Shown here: positions 1 to 12,200 of the stretch, in pieces
How the letters are laid out: every line of letters starts with the position of its first letter
Position numbering within the stretch: position 1 is the stretch's first letter
Virus record (IMG/VR): IMGVR_UViG_3300034095_000254
Reading direction: 5' to 3' (one strand)
Origin: a virus
DNA length: 64,000 nucleotides
Position numbers and translations under genes: made by a program
The notes under the pieces: model-generated
Seen by the model: only the letters and a program-made list of their open reading frames with translations
What the model was told of the DNA's origin: nothing
Database searches by the model: none

Positions 1-631
1 TAAATTCCCAATGCCAAAGATCTTTCTCGTATACTTCAATATACATCTCATATATTTTACTTAGGCGATATGGTTTGTCCTGTTCACCTGAAGCCATAGC
101 ATAATTCAATTTACATTGAACATCCATTTTCTTGGCTAACTCTACATGTTTAATTGCATGCTTCTCATTCTCTTCAGAGATAACTGCAATAAAACCTGGA
201 CGATAACCAATTTCTTTTAGGAATAAATCACTGACATTCCAAAAGTCTTTTTCAGTATAGACTCGGTTCTCGTTAATCTTACGACCAAATCCATATTGAA
301 AACTTGTGGTGACTCCGACTCTTGGATGTTTGAACAAAGGTGTCCACATCTCTGGTTTCTTATAGAATGCCCAGAGATTAGTAGTTAACCCTATTGTTGT
401 TTGGAGATTGTGTTCCTCAATATACTCCAGAATTGCAAAATAGTATTCTGGTTTTACCATCAATGGATCGCCACCATTGACGATAATTGTGTTTGTATTT
501 GGGAATCTTTTTAGAAAGTCAAAAACATGCTGAAGGTTAAGTGTACTTGCTTTGTCTTCTACGAGTTTAGTCGATGAACAAAACGAACACTTAAAGTTAC
601 ACAGTTCCGTGGGTTTGATTATAAGTTCCAT
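1..631 (-). CDS. Radical SAM enzyme no. 2 (3' end runs off the window; not in the ORF track)
   Basis: Manual translation from ATG 631: MELIIKPTELCNFKCSFCSS...IIVNGGDPLM...LTTNLW. Has CxxxCxxC and a GGDP motif; open to base 2. Confidence 0.9.
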   Translation of the reverse strand, partial: MELIIKPTELCNFKCSFCSSTKLVEDKASTLNLQHVFDFLKRFPNTNTIIVNGGDPLMVKPEYYFAILEYIEEHNLQTTIGLTTNLWAFYKKPEMWTPLFKHPRVGVTTSFQYGFGRKINENRVYTEKDFWNVSDLFLKEIGYRPGFIAVISEENEKHAIKHVELAKKMDVQCKLNYAMASGEQDKPYRLSKIYEMYIEVYEKDLWHWEF

Positions 632-1583
632 TTTTCACTTTATACTTATTAAGCCATGCTGTATTATTTTGGTTCTTTAGAATCGTGTTCCAGAAAATGG
701 GATTAACGGAATCAAAGTTAGAGTAGTTCGGGAATAATAATTGAAATTGTATAGCAATCTCAGGATTTAGTAAACGAGTTCTAATAAACTCAGTCTTAGT
801 CATGGTTAAAACAGGATCTAGAATATCTTGATATTCTTCACTATTATTAACTATTGTAAAAAAGTGTTTATGATAATCAAATCCAAATTTATCTTTAACT
901 ATTGGTACAACAGTATTTGGTAGAAACTCATCAACTTTAAACTGATTAAGATATTGCTCTAGATAAGCATCACTAGTCAAATGTTCTATGGTAAACTCTG
1001 AATCAGACATAATAGCTGGAAGAGATTGTTCAGCATACTTTACCCAAAAGCCTGGAGAGCCATCGTACATTTCGTTTACACGATCCGTACAAAAATCTAA
1101 TGCTTCTTCGTCACCTCTAACTGAGTTTGCAAAAGCAATTTCAACTCTGGTATATGTTAGCGTAGATGAAAATGTAGATGCAGTATCAGTAGTCTTTAAA
1201 GTTTTTGGTAATTCAACAAACTCAACATCTCTATTTGTGAATGTTCCAATTCTGTAATTTTCTTTTATTCTATCAAATGAATATAACTCTTTAACTGCAG
1301 TAGTTTCTAAAACACCATTAAAGAAGTATGAGTAAACATACATAAAATTATTGGTATCACAATAAATTACAGTTTTTGTATTCGAGTGATCTTGATGAAT
1401 CTCATTAAATAGTTCGTCAAGTTTAGTATCATCGATCGTTTCATATGAATGTAAAATATCATATGTAAGATGAACCATGGAATCGCTGGATAGTTTTGGG
1501 TGTGAACCTATCCAAACTTGTTTGCTCTTTTCAAGAATACTATTTGTAGTTGATAGGTAACAGTTGTCGAATAGGTATATCAT
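597..1583 (-). CDS. Hypothetical protein in rSAM cluster (paralogue of 1580-2461)
   Basis: 328-aa ORF overlapping both neighbours; motifs MIYLFDNCY and VIYCD. Confidence 0.75.
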   Translation of the reverse strand: MIYLFDNCYLSTTNSILEKSKQVWIGSHPKLSSDSMVHLTYDILHSYETIDDTKLDELFNEIHQDHSNTKTVIYCDTNNFMYVYSYFFNGVLETTAVKELYSFDRIKENYRIGTFTNRDVEFVELPKTLKTTDTASTFSSTLTYTRVEIAFANSVRGDEEALDFCTDRVNEMYDGSPGFWVKYAEQSLPAIMSDSEFTIEHLTSDAYLEQYLNQFKVDEFLPNTVVPIVKDKFGFDYHKHFFTIVNNSEEYQDILDPVLTMTKTEFIRTRLLNPEIAIQFQLLFPNYSNFDSVNPIFWNTILKNQNNTAWLNKYKVKNGTYNQTHGTV

Positions 1584-2461
1584 GCTATTAAACCCAAATT
1601 TGTAATTTTTGATTGTGGTAATTTAAGTAGCCATCTAAGCAACCAAGTGTCTACTTTATCACTGGATAGTAGTAATAAAAATTTTGGATCATTTATTAAT
1701 TCTTCAGTAACACCATTTTCAAAGAACTGCACAATTAAAGAATCTGTAAATATTGATCTATCTTTTCTCATTTCCATGTATAAATCTTTCATGGAAATAA
1801 CTGTTCTAAATTCTTGGTTAAATGGATCTGTTGCCCAACCATCTTCTTTTCTAGATAGGTAACATTGTCTTGCATCACCAAAAAATGAATATACATAACG
1901 ATTAATAAGTGATGTTAAAATACCATCATAGTTATTCGGAACACCACATTTTCTGTTGGCTATCTTCCATTCAATTCCTGCATTTTCCCAACTCCAATAC
2001 TCAGACATTGGAAATTTACCAACAGAAGCTGATGAGGTTAAAGCAATAAACTTATCGCCAAGATCGCTAATAATTTGTTTGTTAGTAGAATCAATTAGTT
2101 TTGATTTTATCTTTAAACGAACACCAAACAGTTTTGCAAATTCAAGAAACAAAGATTCGTCAAAATTAAAAATATGAGATTTAATTTTTGCAGTAAAAAA
2201 CTTGACTAGTGTTTCATCGTCACAGTAGATTATAAACTTCTCTTTATTACTGCAGACTGGTTCGACTAGATTACTTTTAATGAAATCTTCATAGGTAGCG
2301 AATCTCCCGAAGCACTGCTTAACTGATACATTATTATAGTAAAAACTATTTTCGACTTGAGTACCTAGAATAGCATGTTTCTGCCCAACCACGATATAAT
2401 CAATAGAAGGATCAAACATTGCGTCTGGGTAGACATAACAGGAATTATAGAGATGTAACAT
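1580..2461 (-). CDS. Hypothetical protein in rSAM cluster
   Basis: 293-aa ORF; motifs MLHLYNSCY and IIYCD. Confidence 0.75.
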   Translation of the reverse strand: MLHLYNSCYVYPDAMFDPSIDYIVVGQKHAILGTQVENSFYYNNVSVKQCFGRFATYEDFIKSNLVEPVCSNKEKFIIYCDDETLVKFFTAKIKSHIFNFDESLFLEFAKLFGVRLKIKSKLIDSTNKQIISDLGDKFIALTSSASVGKFPMSEYWSWENAGIEWKIANRKCGVPNNYDGILTSLINRYVYSFFGDARQCYLSRKEDGWATDPFNQEFRTVISMKDLYMEMRKDRSIFTDSLIVQFFENGVTEELINDPKFLLLLSSDKVDTWLLRWLLKLPQSKITNLGLIA

Positions 2462-3236
2462 TTGTCTCTTCGTAGATAGATTGAAATTGTTCAGTAGTCA
2501 ATGGTGTTTCTAACATAATTCTTAACAGCGGAAAAATAAAACAATTCGGGGATGTTATAAAGTTAATTAGAGTTTTACCTGAGTAAATCGGTCTATCAAA
2601 ATAGTGATCGAAATACTTTATGTTATCAAAAGATGGAACAGAACTGTAATAGTGGCAGTTGAATGTTATATTATCAAATAAATTTACAAATGTTTTTCCG
2701 ATGTCTTGTTTTTCAGTAACAACATTATTTGTAACAAAGTCACCGAGTTCTTCTTTGTATGCAGTTAGGTTTTTAATTGCATATAATAAAACACCATCTA
2801 ATATTTCAGACAACTGTTTAATTAAATCTGTGTTCTGTTCTACGAATTGTTTCACTTCATCGTTAGATAAAATACATTGTTCTAAAACTGCTTTATCATC
2901 TTCTGATTTATCAACTAAGGATAAATCATAATCTCGAAAATAAAACAAACATTTAATTACAGTTGCTTCTAATTGATTAATATGACAAGATGAGTTATGT
3001 TTAATAAACTCAGAAAGCAGTTCAGATTTTTCTTCAAAAGAAACCATAGACATATTAATATTTAAAGACTCATACTTTAAATTACTCAAATATGTAATAA
3101 AGTTTTTACCTTTAATTTTTGAATTATTATAGTCAATCTCAGGAGATTTAATATCTCCTGTTATAATACTTCTTAAAGTTTCAGAATCAAATGGTATAGT
3201 GTACATTAAATACTTCCGTGGCAAGACCCATGACAA
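2445..3236 (-). CDS. Hypothetical protein in rSAM cluster (true start probably ATG 3206, MYTIPF)
   Basis: Long ORF coupled to neighbours; no recognisable motif. Confidence 0.7.
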   Translation of the reverse strand: MSWVLPRKYLMYTIPFDSETLRSIITGDIKSPEIDYNNSKIKGKNFITYLSNLKYESLNINMSMVSFEEKSELLSEFIKHNSSCHINQLEATVIKCLFYFRDYDLSLVDKSEDDKAVLEQCILSNDEVKQFVEQNTDLIKQLSEILDGVLLYAIKNLTAYKEELGDFVTNNVVTEKQDIGKTFVNLFDNITFNCHYYSSVPSFDNIKYFDHYFDRPIYSGKTLINFITSPNCFIFPLLRIMLETPLTTEQFQSIYEETNVTSL

Positions 3237-3721
3237 TTACTATGGCAGTAAAATTCTTCAATTGTAACAGTATCTGTTCTATTATTATTAATTGCAGTTG
3301 ATAGAGCACTAACAAAATCATCTAAATCAGAAGCATCAATAATATTATCAGAAGCTGGTCCACCAGTCATATCTTTTTTATAACTATCTTGTAAATTAGT
3401 AATGTTTGTTTCGTTGTAATCTGTTCTTGCTCTAACATTACCTTGAATCTGATAATATTTTAATAATTTAACACTTCTAATTCTAGATAATAATACAGCA
3501 TATGCTCTAAAGTTTGTTGTAATGGTAGAAGCAGTAATATTGGTATCTGATATATCCGCTTCTAATGTTTGAGAATAACCACTAGCATTACCACCAGTAA
3601 TATCTGTTTGAAATGGTTGACTGTGAGTTCCCCACACAATACCAGTATTATATGTGCTCGACAACGCTGCCATTGAAGCAACGATGTTTGCTTTTGTTAT
3701 ACTATCGCCAGCTGTTGTCAT
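3206..3721 (-). CDS. Candidate rSAM substrate: T/S/N-rich protein with C-terminal YCHSNCHGSCHGS
   Basis: All three Cys lie in the last 13 residues; gene immediately follows the rSAM/SPASM gene. Confidence 0.7.
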   Translation of the reverse strand: MTTAGDSITKANIVASMAALSSTYNTGIVWGTHSQPFQTDITGGNASGYSQTLEADISDTNITASTITTNFRAYAVLLSRIRSVKLLKYYQIQGNVRARTDYNETNITNLQDSYKKDMTGGPASDNIIDASDLDDFVSALSTAINNNRTDTVTIEEFYCHSNCHGSCHGSI

Positions 3722-4781
3722 TCTTTAACCTTTGCATTAGTGTTTTCGGTGCTGCACAGATATCTCCTTGCCACTTTAATTGGTGACAATCGCTATTACA
3801 GATATCAAATACATCGCATGTATAGCAACGAGGGTCTCTTTCTATCTCGCATGTAATGTTATTTATTCTTCCTCTGGCGGAGAGTAGAGTTCTAATGGGC
3901 TGAGATATATCTCCAAAGCCATTACCAACTGCAGCATTTGGACATCCAGCCACAGTTCCATCGGCATTGATTGTGAAAATTTTCTGCTCACAATCTCTGC
4001 ATCTAACTCCACCATGTATCCCTTTAGTTATAGAGGAATACACACCCTCTAAGAGGACATCTTTATATTTAGGTTTTATTGTCTGATAGGTTTCATGCAT
4101 TCTAACGAACCAGTCATCTTGATCTTTATTTCTAGGAAAAATATGAGTGTTTTCCAGAGCCGAACCATCATGGGTTAGTCGTTCAAACTGTACCCAATTA
4201 ACACCCAGAGTATTGAGCCAGAGAACTAACTCTGTGGTATCCATTTCTAAGAGTTGTTTGTTTAGACTAATATTCAGTGTGATATTAAATCCAGCATCTA
4301 CTACAGTTTGTAGATTCTTTCGCCAGAGTTTTTCTTGTTTATCATTCTCAAAACGAATACCCTTATCCCATGAAGTGCAGAATCCATTCTTTAGAACAGT
4401 TCTGAAAAACTCCATGTGGTCTTCTGTTAGATTGAAGCAGAGATTAGTAGAACACGACCAGTTAAGATTTGGGAATAACTTAGATACTTTATCCCAAACA
4501 TAGTACATGTCATCTAGAGGAGCAAGGAATGGTTCTCCTCCATGAAATGTAATGTTCCCACCATTAAAAGTTGGGCATTCCTCGTGGAGTCGTTCAAACC
4601 ACTCTACAGTATTCTGGGGATTAAAGTATATCTTCTTGCCGTTGACACCATTAGTAAAACAGTGTTGGCAATTTAATTGGCAAGTCTCAGTGGTCTTAAG
4701 ATAGACCACTAAGTCTTTTGGGATTAGTATATCTGAAAGAGATACATTTGTCTTATGAAAGACGATTGGTTGAGATGTCAT
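3702..4781 (-). CDS. Radical SAM/SPASM-domain enzyme
   Basis: CQLNCQHC, FHGGEP, and Cys-rich C-terminus (INADGTVAGCP...CYTCDVFDICNSDC...C). Confidence 0.93.
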   Translation of the reverse strand: MTSQPIVFHKTNVSLSDILIPKDLVVYLKTTETCQLNCQHCFTNGVNGKKIYFNPQNTVEWFERLHEECPTFNGGNITFHGGEPFLAPLDDMYYVWDKVSKLFPNLNWSCSTNLCFNLTEDHMEFFRTVLKNGFCTSWDKGIRFENDKQEKLWRKNLQTVVDAGFNITLNISLNKQLLEMDTTELVLWLNTLGVNWVQFERLTHDGSALENTHIFPRNKDQDDWFVRMHETYQTIKPKYKDVLLEGVYSSITKGIHGGVRCRDCEQKIFTINADGTVAGCPNAAVGNGFGDISQPIRTLLSARGRINNITCEIERDPRCYTCDVFDICNSDCHQLKWQGDICAAPKTLMQRLKNDNSWR

Positions 4782-4787
4782 AAAGCA

Positions 4788-6002
4788 TTATAAAATCACA
4801 CATTCAACAAGTTTTACATTAGGATCTAAATTAGTTTCAAGAGCAATGGCAAAACTATTTGGATGATCTCCAGCAATGGCACGACCATCTTGATTTGCAA
4901 CAAGAGGTTGTCCTTTGTTGATCGGACCAGCAACTTTAACTGGAACACGACCACGAAGTGCCAATGCCTGTCCTTCTGCTTCATCATTCATAATAAATGC
5001 AGGTTTGGCAGAAACAACACCAAGAACTCTTTGAGCATATTTAAAAGAAGCAGTACCTTCTGCAGAAGAGTCTAACGATACTGTAATAACAGTTCCTGTT
5101 TCATATTCTTGATCAGTTGTATATTTTTCTGCCAAGTCAGCGTAGCGAGCAGAAGTGCTCGTACCGTAAATAACAGCGAATCTATTCGCAGATTGTCCAA
5201 TGTCACCAGATCCGTTAGCACCTTGTTTAACAATGTAATCTACAGTTGGAGTTGAAGACATGTTAATAGTTGGGTTTCCAGAAACTCCATCTCCATTACT
5301 AATAGACATATTAAATCCAGCTGCAATACTTCTTGTTAGTGCTGTACCTGCAGAATCTTTAACAAAGAAGCCATGAGTAGTTACTGCAGCGAGTGCTGTT
5401 AGATTATTAGAGAATGGTTGAATGTCAGAACCAATAACTAAACCTAAGTTTGTTCTTGCTTGTGTTGTCGATGTAGCTGCAGTACCACCAGAGGCAATTG
5501 CCAATGCAGTCGTTAGAGTTACAGATCCGCCAGTAATAGTAACATTATTTGCAGCTTGCGTAGCCATAGTTCCTAAACCGAGCGCAGTTCTAGCTGCAGA
5601 CTCAGTTGTAGCACCAGTACCACCATTATTAATTGCCACAACACCACTAACATTGGTTGCATTACCAGTAACAGTTCCAGTTAGGTTACCAGTAACATTA
5701 CCAGTAACAGCACCAACTAAATTGGCAGTAATAATATTTGCCGAAAAATTACCAGAAGATCTAATGACAACAGAATTTCCACTAGTATCATTGACACTAG
5801 TATTCAAACCATCCAGTAAGTCTGCATCTAAACCAGAACCTGTCCCATCAACTGTTTTAATTTTTGTAAGAACATCTGAAGCAGTATATGTAGCTGTTGC
5901 TAGTTTTGTTCCAACCTCAGTGTTCAAGTTATCAAAGTTAGCGTCTGCCTCTGCAATCGTTAGCGGACTGCCTTTTACACTGCGAAGTACGATTGTTGCC
6001 AT
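4788..6002 (-). CDS. Tail-fibre-like protein with C-terminal intramolecular-chaperone-like domain
   Basis: G/T/A-rich repeats (GGTGATT..AARTALGLG); C-terminal YADLAEKY...GVVS..PAFIMN...LRGRVPVKV. Confidence 0.75.
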   Translation of the reverse strand: MATIVLRSVKGSPLTIAEADANFDNLNTEVGTKLATATYTASDVLTKIKTVDGTGSGLDADLLDGLNTSVNDTSGNSVVIRSSGNFSANIITANLVGAVTGNVTGNLTGTVTGNATNVSGVVAINNGGTGATTESAARTALGLGTMATQAANNVTITGGSVTLTTALAIASGGTAATSTTQARTNLGLVIGSDIQPFSNNLTALAAVTTHGFFVKDSAGTALTRSIAAGFNMSISNGDGVSGNPTINMSSTPTVDYIVKQGANGSGDIGQSANRFAVIYGTSTSARYADLAEKYTTDQEYETGTVITVSLDSSAEGTASFKYAQRVLGVVSAKPAFIMNDEAEGQALALRGRVPVKVAGPINKGQPLVANQDGRAIAGDHPNSFAIALETNLDPNVKLVECVIL

Positions 6003-6232
6003 TATTGTTTACCCTTAATAAGCATTGCGAGCATCTCTTTTATCTCTGTTACATCTGACTCAATCTTTTCAATTTTATCAGCGTTTTGTTTAATTTGTTG
6101 ATTCAATTCTTTAGCTGCATTTCTTTTTTGCAAATAGTTTTCACGATCTGTTCTATTTGTATTTATCACTGCACCACTGGATAGATCTCTTATAAGACCA
6201 TCCTTGTTTTGTATTTTAACGAAACCTTCCAT
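6002..6232 (-). CDS. Small coiled-coil protein of the tail region
   Basis: 76 aa, GLIRDLSSGAVIN then heptads; coupled to both neighbours. Confidence 0.65.
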   Translation of the reverse strand: MEGFVKIQNKDGLIRDLSSGAVINTNRTDRENYLQKRNAAKELNQQIKQNADKIEKIESDVTEIKEMLAMLIKGKQ

Positions 6233-9200
6233 TATACGCAGGCAAGCACACGAAGATCTTTAATTCTTGGCACTTGAGAACTATTAGAAGATTTCATAAC
6301 AATCTTAATTTGCACAGCATCAAACGCAATCAAATCATCCAGTGAATAAGAAGCATCATAGAATTGATCTTCTTGATTAGATGAAGTTATAATAGGAGAA
6401 TCTATTGTCATTTGTGAATATGAAGCATTTCCGAATGGTACATTGGAACCAACAATATTAGTTTTGTACCAAACTTCAATAGAAGCATCAGCTGGAAGAT
6501 TAGCTGCAAATTTAACTCTTAGATAATTAGAGTGCGCTGCTAGATTAACTCTCTTAGTCACATATTTACTATATGTAGAACTTTCTGAAGGAGCATTTTC
6601 AGATGCAAATCTTTCTCTTTGAGTTATTGTTACATTACCAGTAACTGCTGTTGGTGCAGAGTCCAATGTGATAGAAGTACCATCTGCAGCAACCGCTGTA
6701 ATTAACTTAGTGCTTGTTCCAGAACTTGCGCCAGCGATAGTAAGATACTTACCAACAGTGGCAGTTTTAAATGCATCTTGCGCAGGAGCAATGTATGCGG
6801 TATATGTCAAGCCAGTAGGTGTACCAGAAGTAGTAACAATAGCAACATCAGCAGTAGTTTTTAAAGTAAACCCAGTCACAGAAGAACCGCTACCAGTAAT
6901 GGCAGAAACTTGATATTGTGTACCAGTTGCATAACCAGTAATAGTACCAGTACCACCTAGTGTACCAGTGATGGTAATTCTACTACCAACCACTAATGTA
7001 GTTGCAGTACAAGTAAATTGACCAGCAGTGCCAGAGATAGCAACACCAGATAAAGTCGCTGGCGAAGCAACTGCACTAGCTGCAGTTACAATAGTACTAC
7101 CACTAATGCTTATTGTAGGACTGTTACTTATTAATACATTGTAATCTAAAGAAGCCACATTGAGATTAGTCTCTGATGGATTATTAACTTTATTTCCAAT
7201 AGCAATCAAACTTGTTCTATGAGTATCAATAATTGGTGATAATGCGTCATTTGAACTGCTCATAACAATGTTAAATTTAACTGATTTATCACCACTTAAT
7301 CCAAATACAGCATCAGCTTCATTTTGTTCAGAAGCAATCATCTTCGGTATACCGAAATAGTTAGTCTCATTTGCTAACACACCACTATAAACAGTATCTT
7401 GAACATAAGCTACTTGTGAAGTTGAATCAACGGATTTACCAGTAACACCTTGAATTCCAAAACTAATTGGAGTTTCAGAGAAAGATTGTAGTTGAACTAA
7501 TGGTTGAACTGCATCATACTGAATGTGTCTTGTTGCCTTAACTACAGAACCACCACCATATCCAGATGCCGTTGCATTTGAAGCAAGTGTAATACAATAG
7601 CTGTCCAAATCAACATCACTAATTGTATGAGTTGTATTAAATCCTGCAAAAGCAATACCATTGACATCGGCAGAAACACCACTAATAGTTACATAAGAAC
7701 CAGATGGGATACCATGATTGTCTTGCCAGACACGAACTTTAGCAACTCCTGCTCGAGTTTCGAATGGATTAACACCTAATGTAACTTTTGATAAAGCATC
7801 ATTTGTGTACTCAATATTAGAATTAACACCAGTTTCGAACTGACAACGATAAATTGTAAACTTCAAATCTTGAGTTTGATCTGCTGTCCAAGTAGAAGCA
7901 TTTTGAGATTTAAACAATGATCCAAGATATGGTTGTTCAGAAATAGTACGAGCAGTTCCAGGCATTTGATCACCCACTTGAGAAATCCAAACTTTATAGT
8001 TGTTTGAATCTGACGCTAACACGATAGCGTACTCAGTATTTTCCTGAACATAAACTGGGCTAGGGAATGTGAATGTAGTTGGTGTATTATAAGAAGGTAT
8101 ATCTACACCATCTAATAATACTGTTGTCTCAGAAAGATTTATAGATTCTGGTTTTAATGTAACACGGGAGAACGGTAAAACTCGTTTTCCTGGATATCCA
8201 TTAACTACCTCACGAATTTCTAATGTAGCTGGGATTGCAGTATCTTTAGATGCAAAGAATACATCAACTTTAGATAAGAAGCAACCACCCTTTTGTTCGA
8301 TTAAGAATGTTTGTGCAAGAGGATCCCACCAACCAGTATCAGCAACAACTCGGTCAGAAGTTTGAGTAATAACTTGGTTATCCTCAAGTGGTTCTTGCGC
8401 TAGTTCTGCATTACGAACAGCATGCACTGTTCTTTGTTTAGTTTCAAGAATACCCTCTGCACGATAATTTGCTCTTGCACGAGAAGTAAACGCTCCAGTT
8501 GCAGTGGTTACATCTACCAGTTTTAATTCACGACTACCACAACGGAATCTTAATTGTTCATTATTTGGAATATTGAATAGTAAATTTAACTCGCCATTGA
8601 AGTTAGAGATTAAAGTGCTACCAAGTGCCTTAGTTGTAATTGTTCCAACTGTTCCAGATGCAGCAGTAGGATAACCTAATGGATTTGATGCAGTAATTGT
8701 TTCGCTAGCAGAGAATGTACCCTGAATATTAACTACGAATAATGCATATGTGCCAGCGTCTGGGTTGTATTCTTTACCAACAACAACAGCAGTTGCAGCA
8801 GAAGTTCCACCAGTAATAATATCACCACGATTTAAACAAACCTGTGAGTCGCCATCAACTCTTCGTGCAGCTGCAGTAGCATTGGAACCAACATTAGTAT
8901 CAGTATCAAATTTATTATGTGTTATTAATTTTGCTGCAGCAGTTGCTCCAGTAGGAGTATATGCAATCTTAGAAGCTGGTGTGCAATAAGCAGAAATATC
9001 AATACCATCAAAGAATGGATAGAAACGAGTGCTTGGTTTTAATTTTTGAATTTGAACAAGAATGTTTCTTGAACGAATATAAGGAATAGCTGCAGTTGAT
9101 AGAACACGATCGCCAACAACTTGTCTGTCAATTTTCTCAACTAGAGTAGTTTTGATACCTGTTCTGTTTTGTCCAACTTGAGTAGCAGTTTGTTCTACTG

Positions 9201-12200
9201 TAACTTGACGAGCATTATCATGACGCCCAACACCACCAAAACGAGCATTTATTTCAGCAACAGAAATTCTAACTTGTCCGTGTCCAGATGCCCAGTTAGT
9301 ACCTGCTGTATATACTACACGACCAGTGCTAACTGGTGCACCAGTCCACTGTGTTTGCCATGCATTCCATACAGTTCCAAGAACACCAGCTTTCTCAGCA
9401 ATGTTTTTGATTGTGTTAAAGTTTCCTTCAACATCAATCACTAAATCTGGACGACGATCTGTTTCAAACCAATCGTCAGAAGATGGATTAATTTTAACAT
9501 CACCAAGGAATGTAAATACAGCGAATGGATTAATGTTTTCTAAACGAGAAGCATACGCTTGTGTAATAATTGGTAGATGATTAACAACAGGTAATGTAAT
9601 AACATCACCATATAATTTGTAATTTGCATCACCACGATCACTATCAGAAGAGACAGCTTCAATTAAATTTACATTTTGCATTGTGTAGAATGGACGCAGT
9701 TCTGCTCGCTCCATGTCAATTGAATTTAAATAATCAGGCGATGTTGTGTCACCTGTATTATGTCCAGAAAAATTATCTACAATAAAGCCATTTTTAAATC
9801 TGTCTAAACCATTACTGTCTATAACATTTAAAGATTCTGTCTGTTGTTCTAGCAATGATAGTGATGTGTAGTATTCTAGGTTATCAATTCGTTTTTCTAG
9901 TTTACCGATATCACGCATAGTGTATCGTTTATTATCAATTCTATTTACTTGCACATTATTGTTTAATGTACCAAAAGTGTATGGCTCTAATGTTAGATTA
10001 TAGAGAACAAGACCAAGAGTTGGGTCTAATGGCTCTCCTGGATTTAAAGATGACACACCATTAATAGCAAAGAAGGTTCCACCAAAGTCTACAGCAATCT
10101 TAGTTTTTCTTGCTAGGTAGTATTCAAAATCAGTTGTAATATCAATACCACGCTTTGGTAGTAATGTCACAGAAGGATTTGTGCCAGTATATCCTGTCCC
10201 CTCGTCGTCAATCTTTGGTCTAAAGTCAATAACATCTCGTAAAGCAGTACCTTGGAAATAAGGTAGAGCACCATACTGAATAGATGCTGGGTATGAATCT
10301 TTAGTAAAATAATCACCAGTACCGTGAGTGAAATAATCAAATGTCACTTCAACAGGTGCTTCTGGTGGGGCATATGAATTCTTAAGAATTAATCTTGATT
10401 GATCATAGTGAGTAGATCGTTGTCCATCATCCCAGATAAAACGATCTGAAATATCGATAGAGTAAGTAGCACCTGGAGATGCAAATGTACCAGATTTCAT
10501 TTTAACAGAAATCAAACGATATCCATCACCCTTACCGAGTTTTAATTCAGTAACTTGTGCAGTCGCTGCATTGGTAAATGTTTTAGTAGCACTCGCAACT
10601 AATGTTTTTGTTTTTTGAGTTAGTGAAGCACCACTCTTATTAACTGCTGCAATAACAAAAACTGTTTTTGTGTTATATGCGGTATCAACAGGAATTGCTG
10701 CATTTGCAGTGCCAGAAGTAAATGTACCAGTAATTGGAATAATTGCGCCACCTGTGGTAGCATCGGTATCAATAACAGTATAATTGTCGTTATCTGCAGC
10801 AGAAGCAAATGTTCCTGAAGCGGTAGAAATAGAAATAGATCCAGCAGACACGCTACTAGTAAATGTTTCATATACAGTGTAAACTGTATCGCTTATGTCT
10901 TTAATTGCGTAATATGGGAATGGGAATAGTAAAGAAGTGTGCTCTGGCTCATATAATTGAGTTTCAACTCTATCGATAGTAACACCAGTTACTGAAATTG
11001 AAGCATCTACTGTTAAAGAAATCTGGGAGGCAATTGCAGTAACTCTTCGTAGAGCAGTTCCTAAGAAAACATAGTCACCAACTCTAAGATCTGTTTGGAA
11101 AGAAGTTCCAGCACCAGTAATTGTAGTCGATGCCGATGCTGTAGCAGAACCGATTAAACGAACTAATGTTCCAGGACCACCACCAACTGTAAGGATAGTT
11201 CTAGCAGTACTTTCAATATCAGCAGTAAAGTTTAAGTTAGCGTCTGCACTAGATCCAACATGATAAACTGATTTAACATCCCTATTAAAGTCATAGCCAG
11301 ATGCCATCTGGACATCAAACAAACCTAATTTATAGACAGCAGTTTGTGCACCAATAGTTCCATTATGATATTCCATAAAACGAACACGAGCAGTTCCAAC
11401 TGCAGTTCCACTAGTTGGAATTACTCCAACTGAAGATGTCACTCTATTGTACAGAGTGACTTGTTTTAATGTATTGATTCCTGGAACACCATTAACATTA
11501 GTGACTAAAAGATAGTTACCAACTGTGGTAGGAATAACTGCATTATCAACTGCGACAAAATCTCTGGCTTTTTGAACTGTTACATATTCAGTGGCAGGTT
11601 TTTCAATTTCATAACCTTGCACATACGCTTTTCCTGGTTCTAAACCAATTGCCAATTGTGCTTCATTACCCTGTTGTGTTCCAAGATTTTCTGAAGTACC
11701 TGGAGTATAAACACCACGATTGTAGTATGGAGTTTCGTTATATTCCCATTGAATACCTGAAGTACCAACACCTGCAACAGATCCGTCATAAACAAGACCA
11801 GCAGTATGAGTTGGTGGAGTGCTACTAGAAGAAGTACCATTATTCTTTGCGACATATATGTAACCACCATTGGTTACCACATCGCCATTTAAGTACACAC
11901 GACCTGTCGTCCAAGCACCACGATTATTATTTCTATACTCACGAACATCGATTTCAAAATTCTTAACTGTGTAGTTACCTGACTCATCATATGTTCTATG
12001 AGCAAATTCTTTTTCAAGATATGAATATTCTGATTTATCAACTACCTTTTGAGTTTGTCCAGCACTGACACGGAGTAATTCAATGAAATCTGTATCGCTT
12101 GTACTATCTGATGCAAGTTTAGTTAATACGGCATCGATGTAGTAACGATGAGCACCTGGAGCAGCATAGTTAAATGAGTTTTGTGCATTATCAAAAAGAG

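Noticed and set aside
3206-3250. CHSNCH read as a c-type haem-binding motif
   Set aside because: Spacing is Cx3CH rather than CxxCH, there is no signal peptide, and no cytochrome c maturation genes are in the window.
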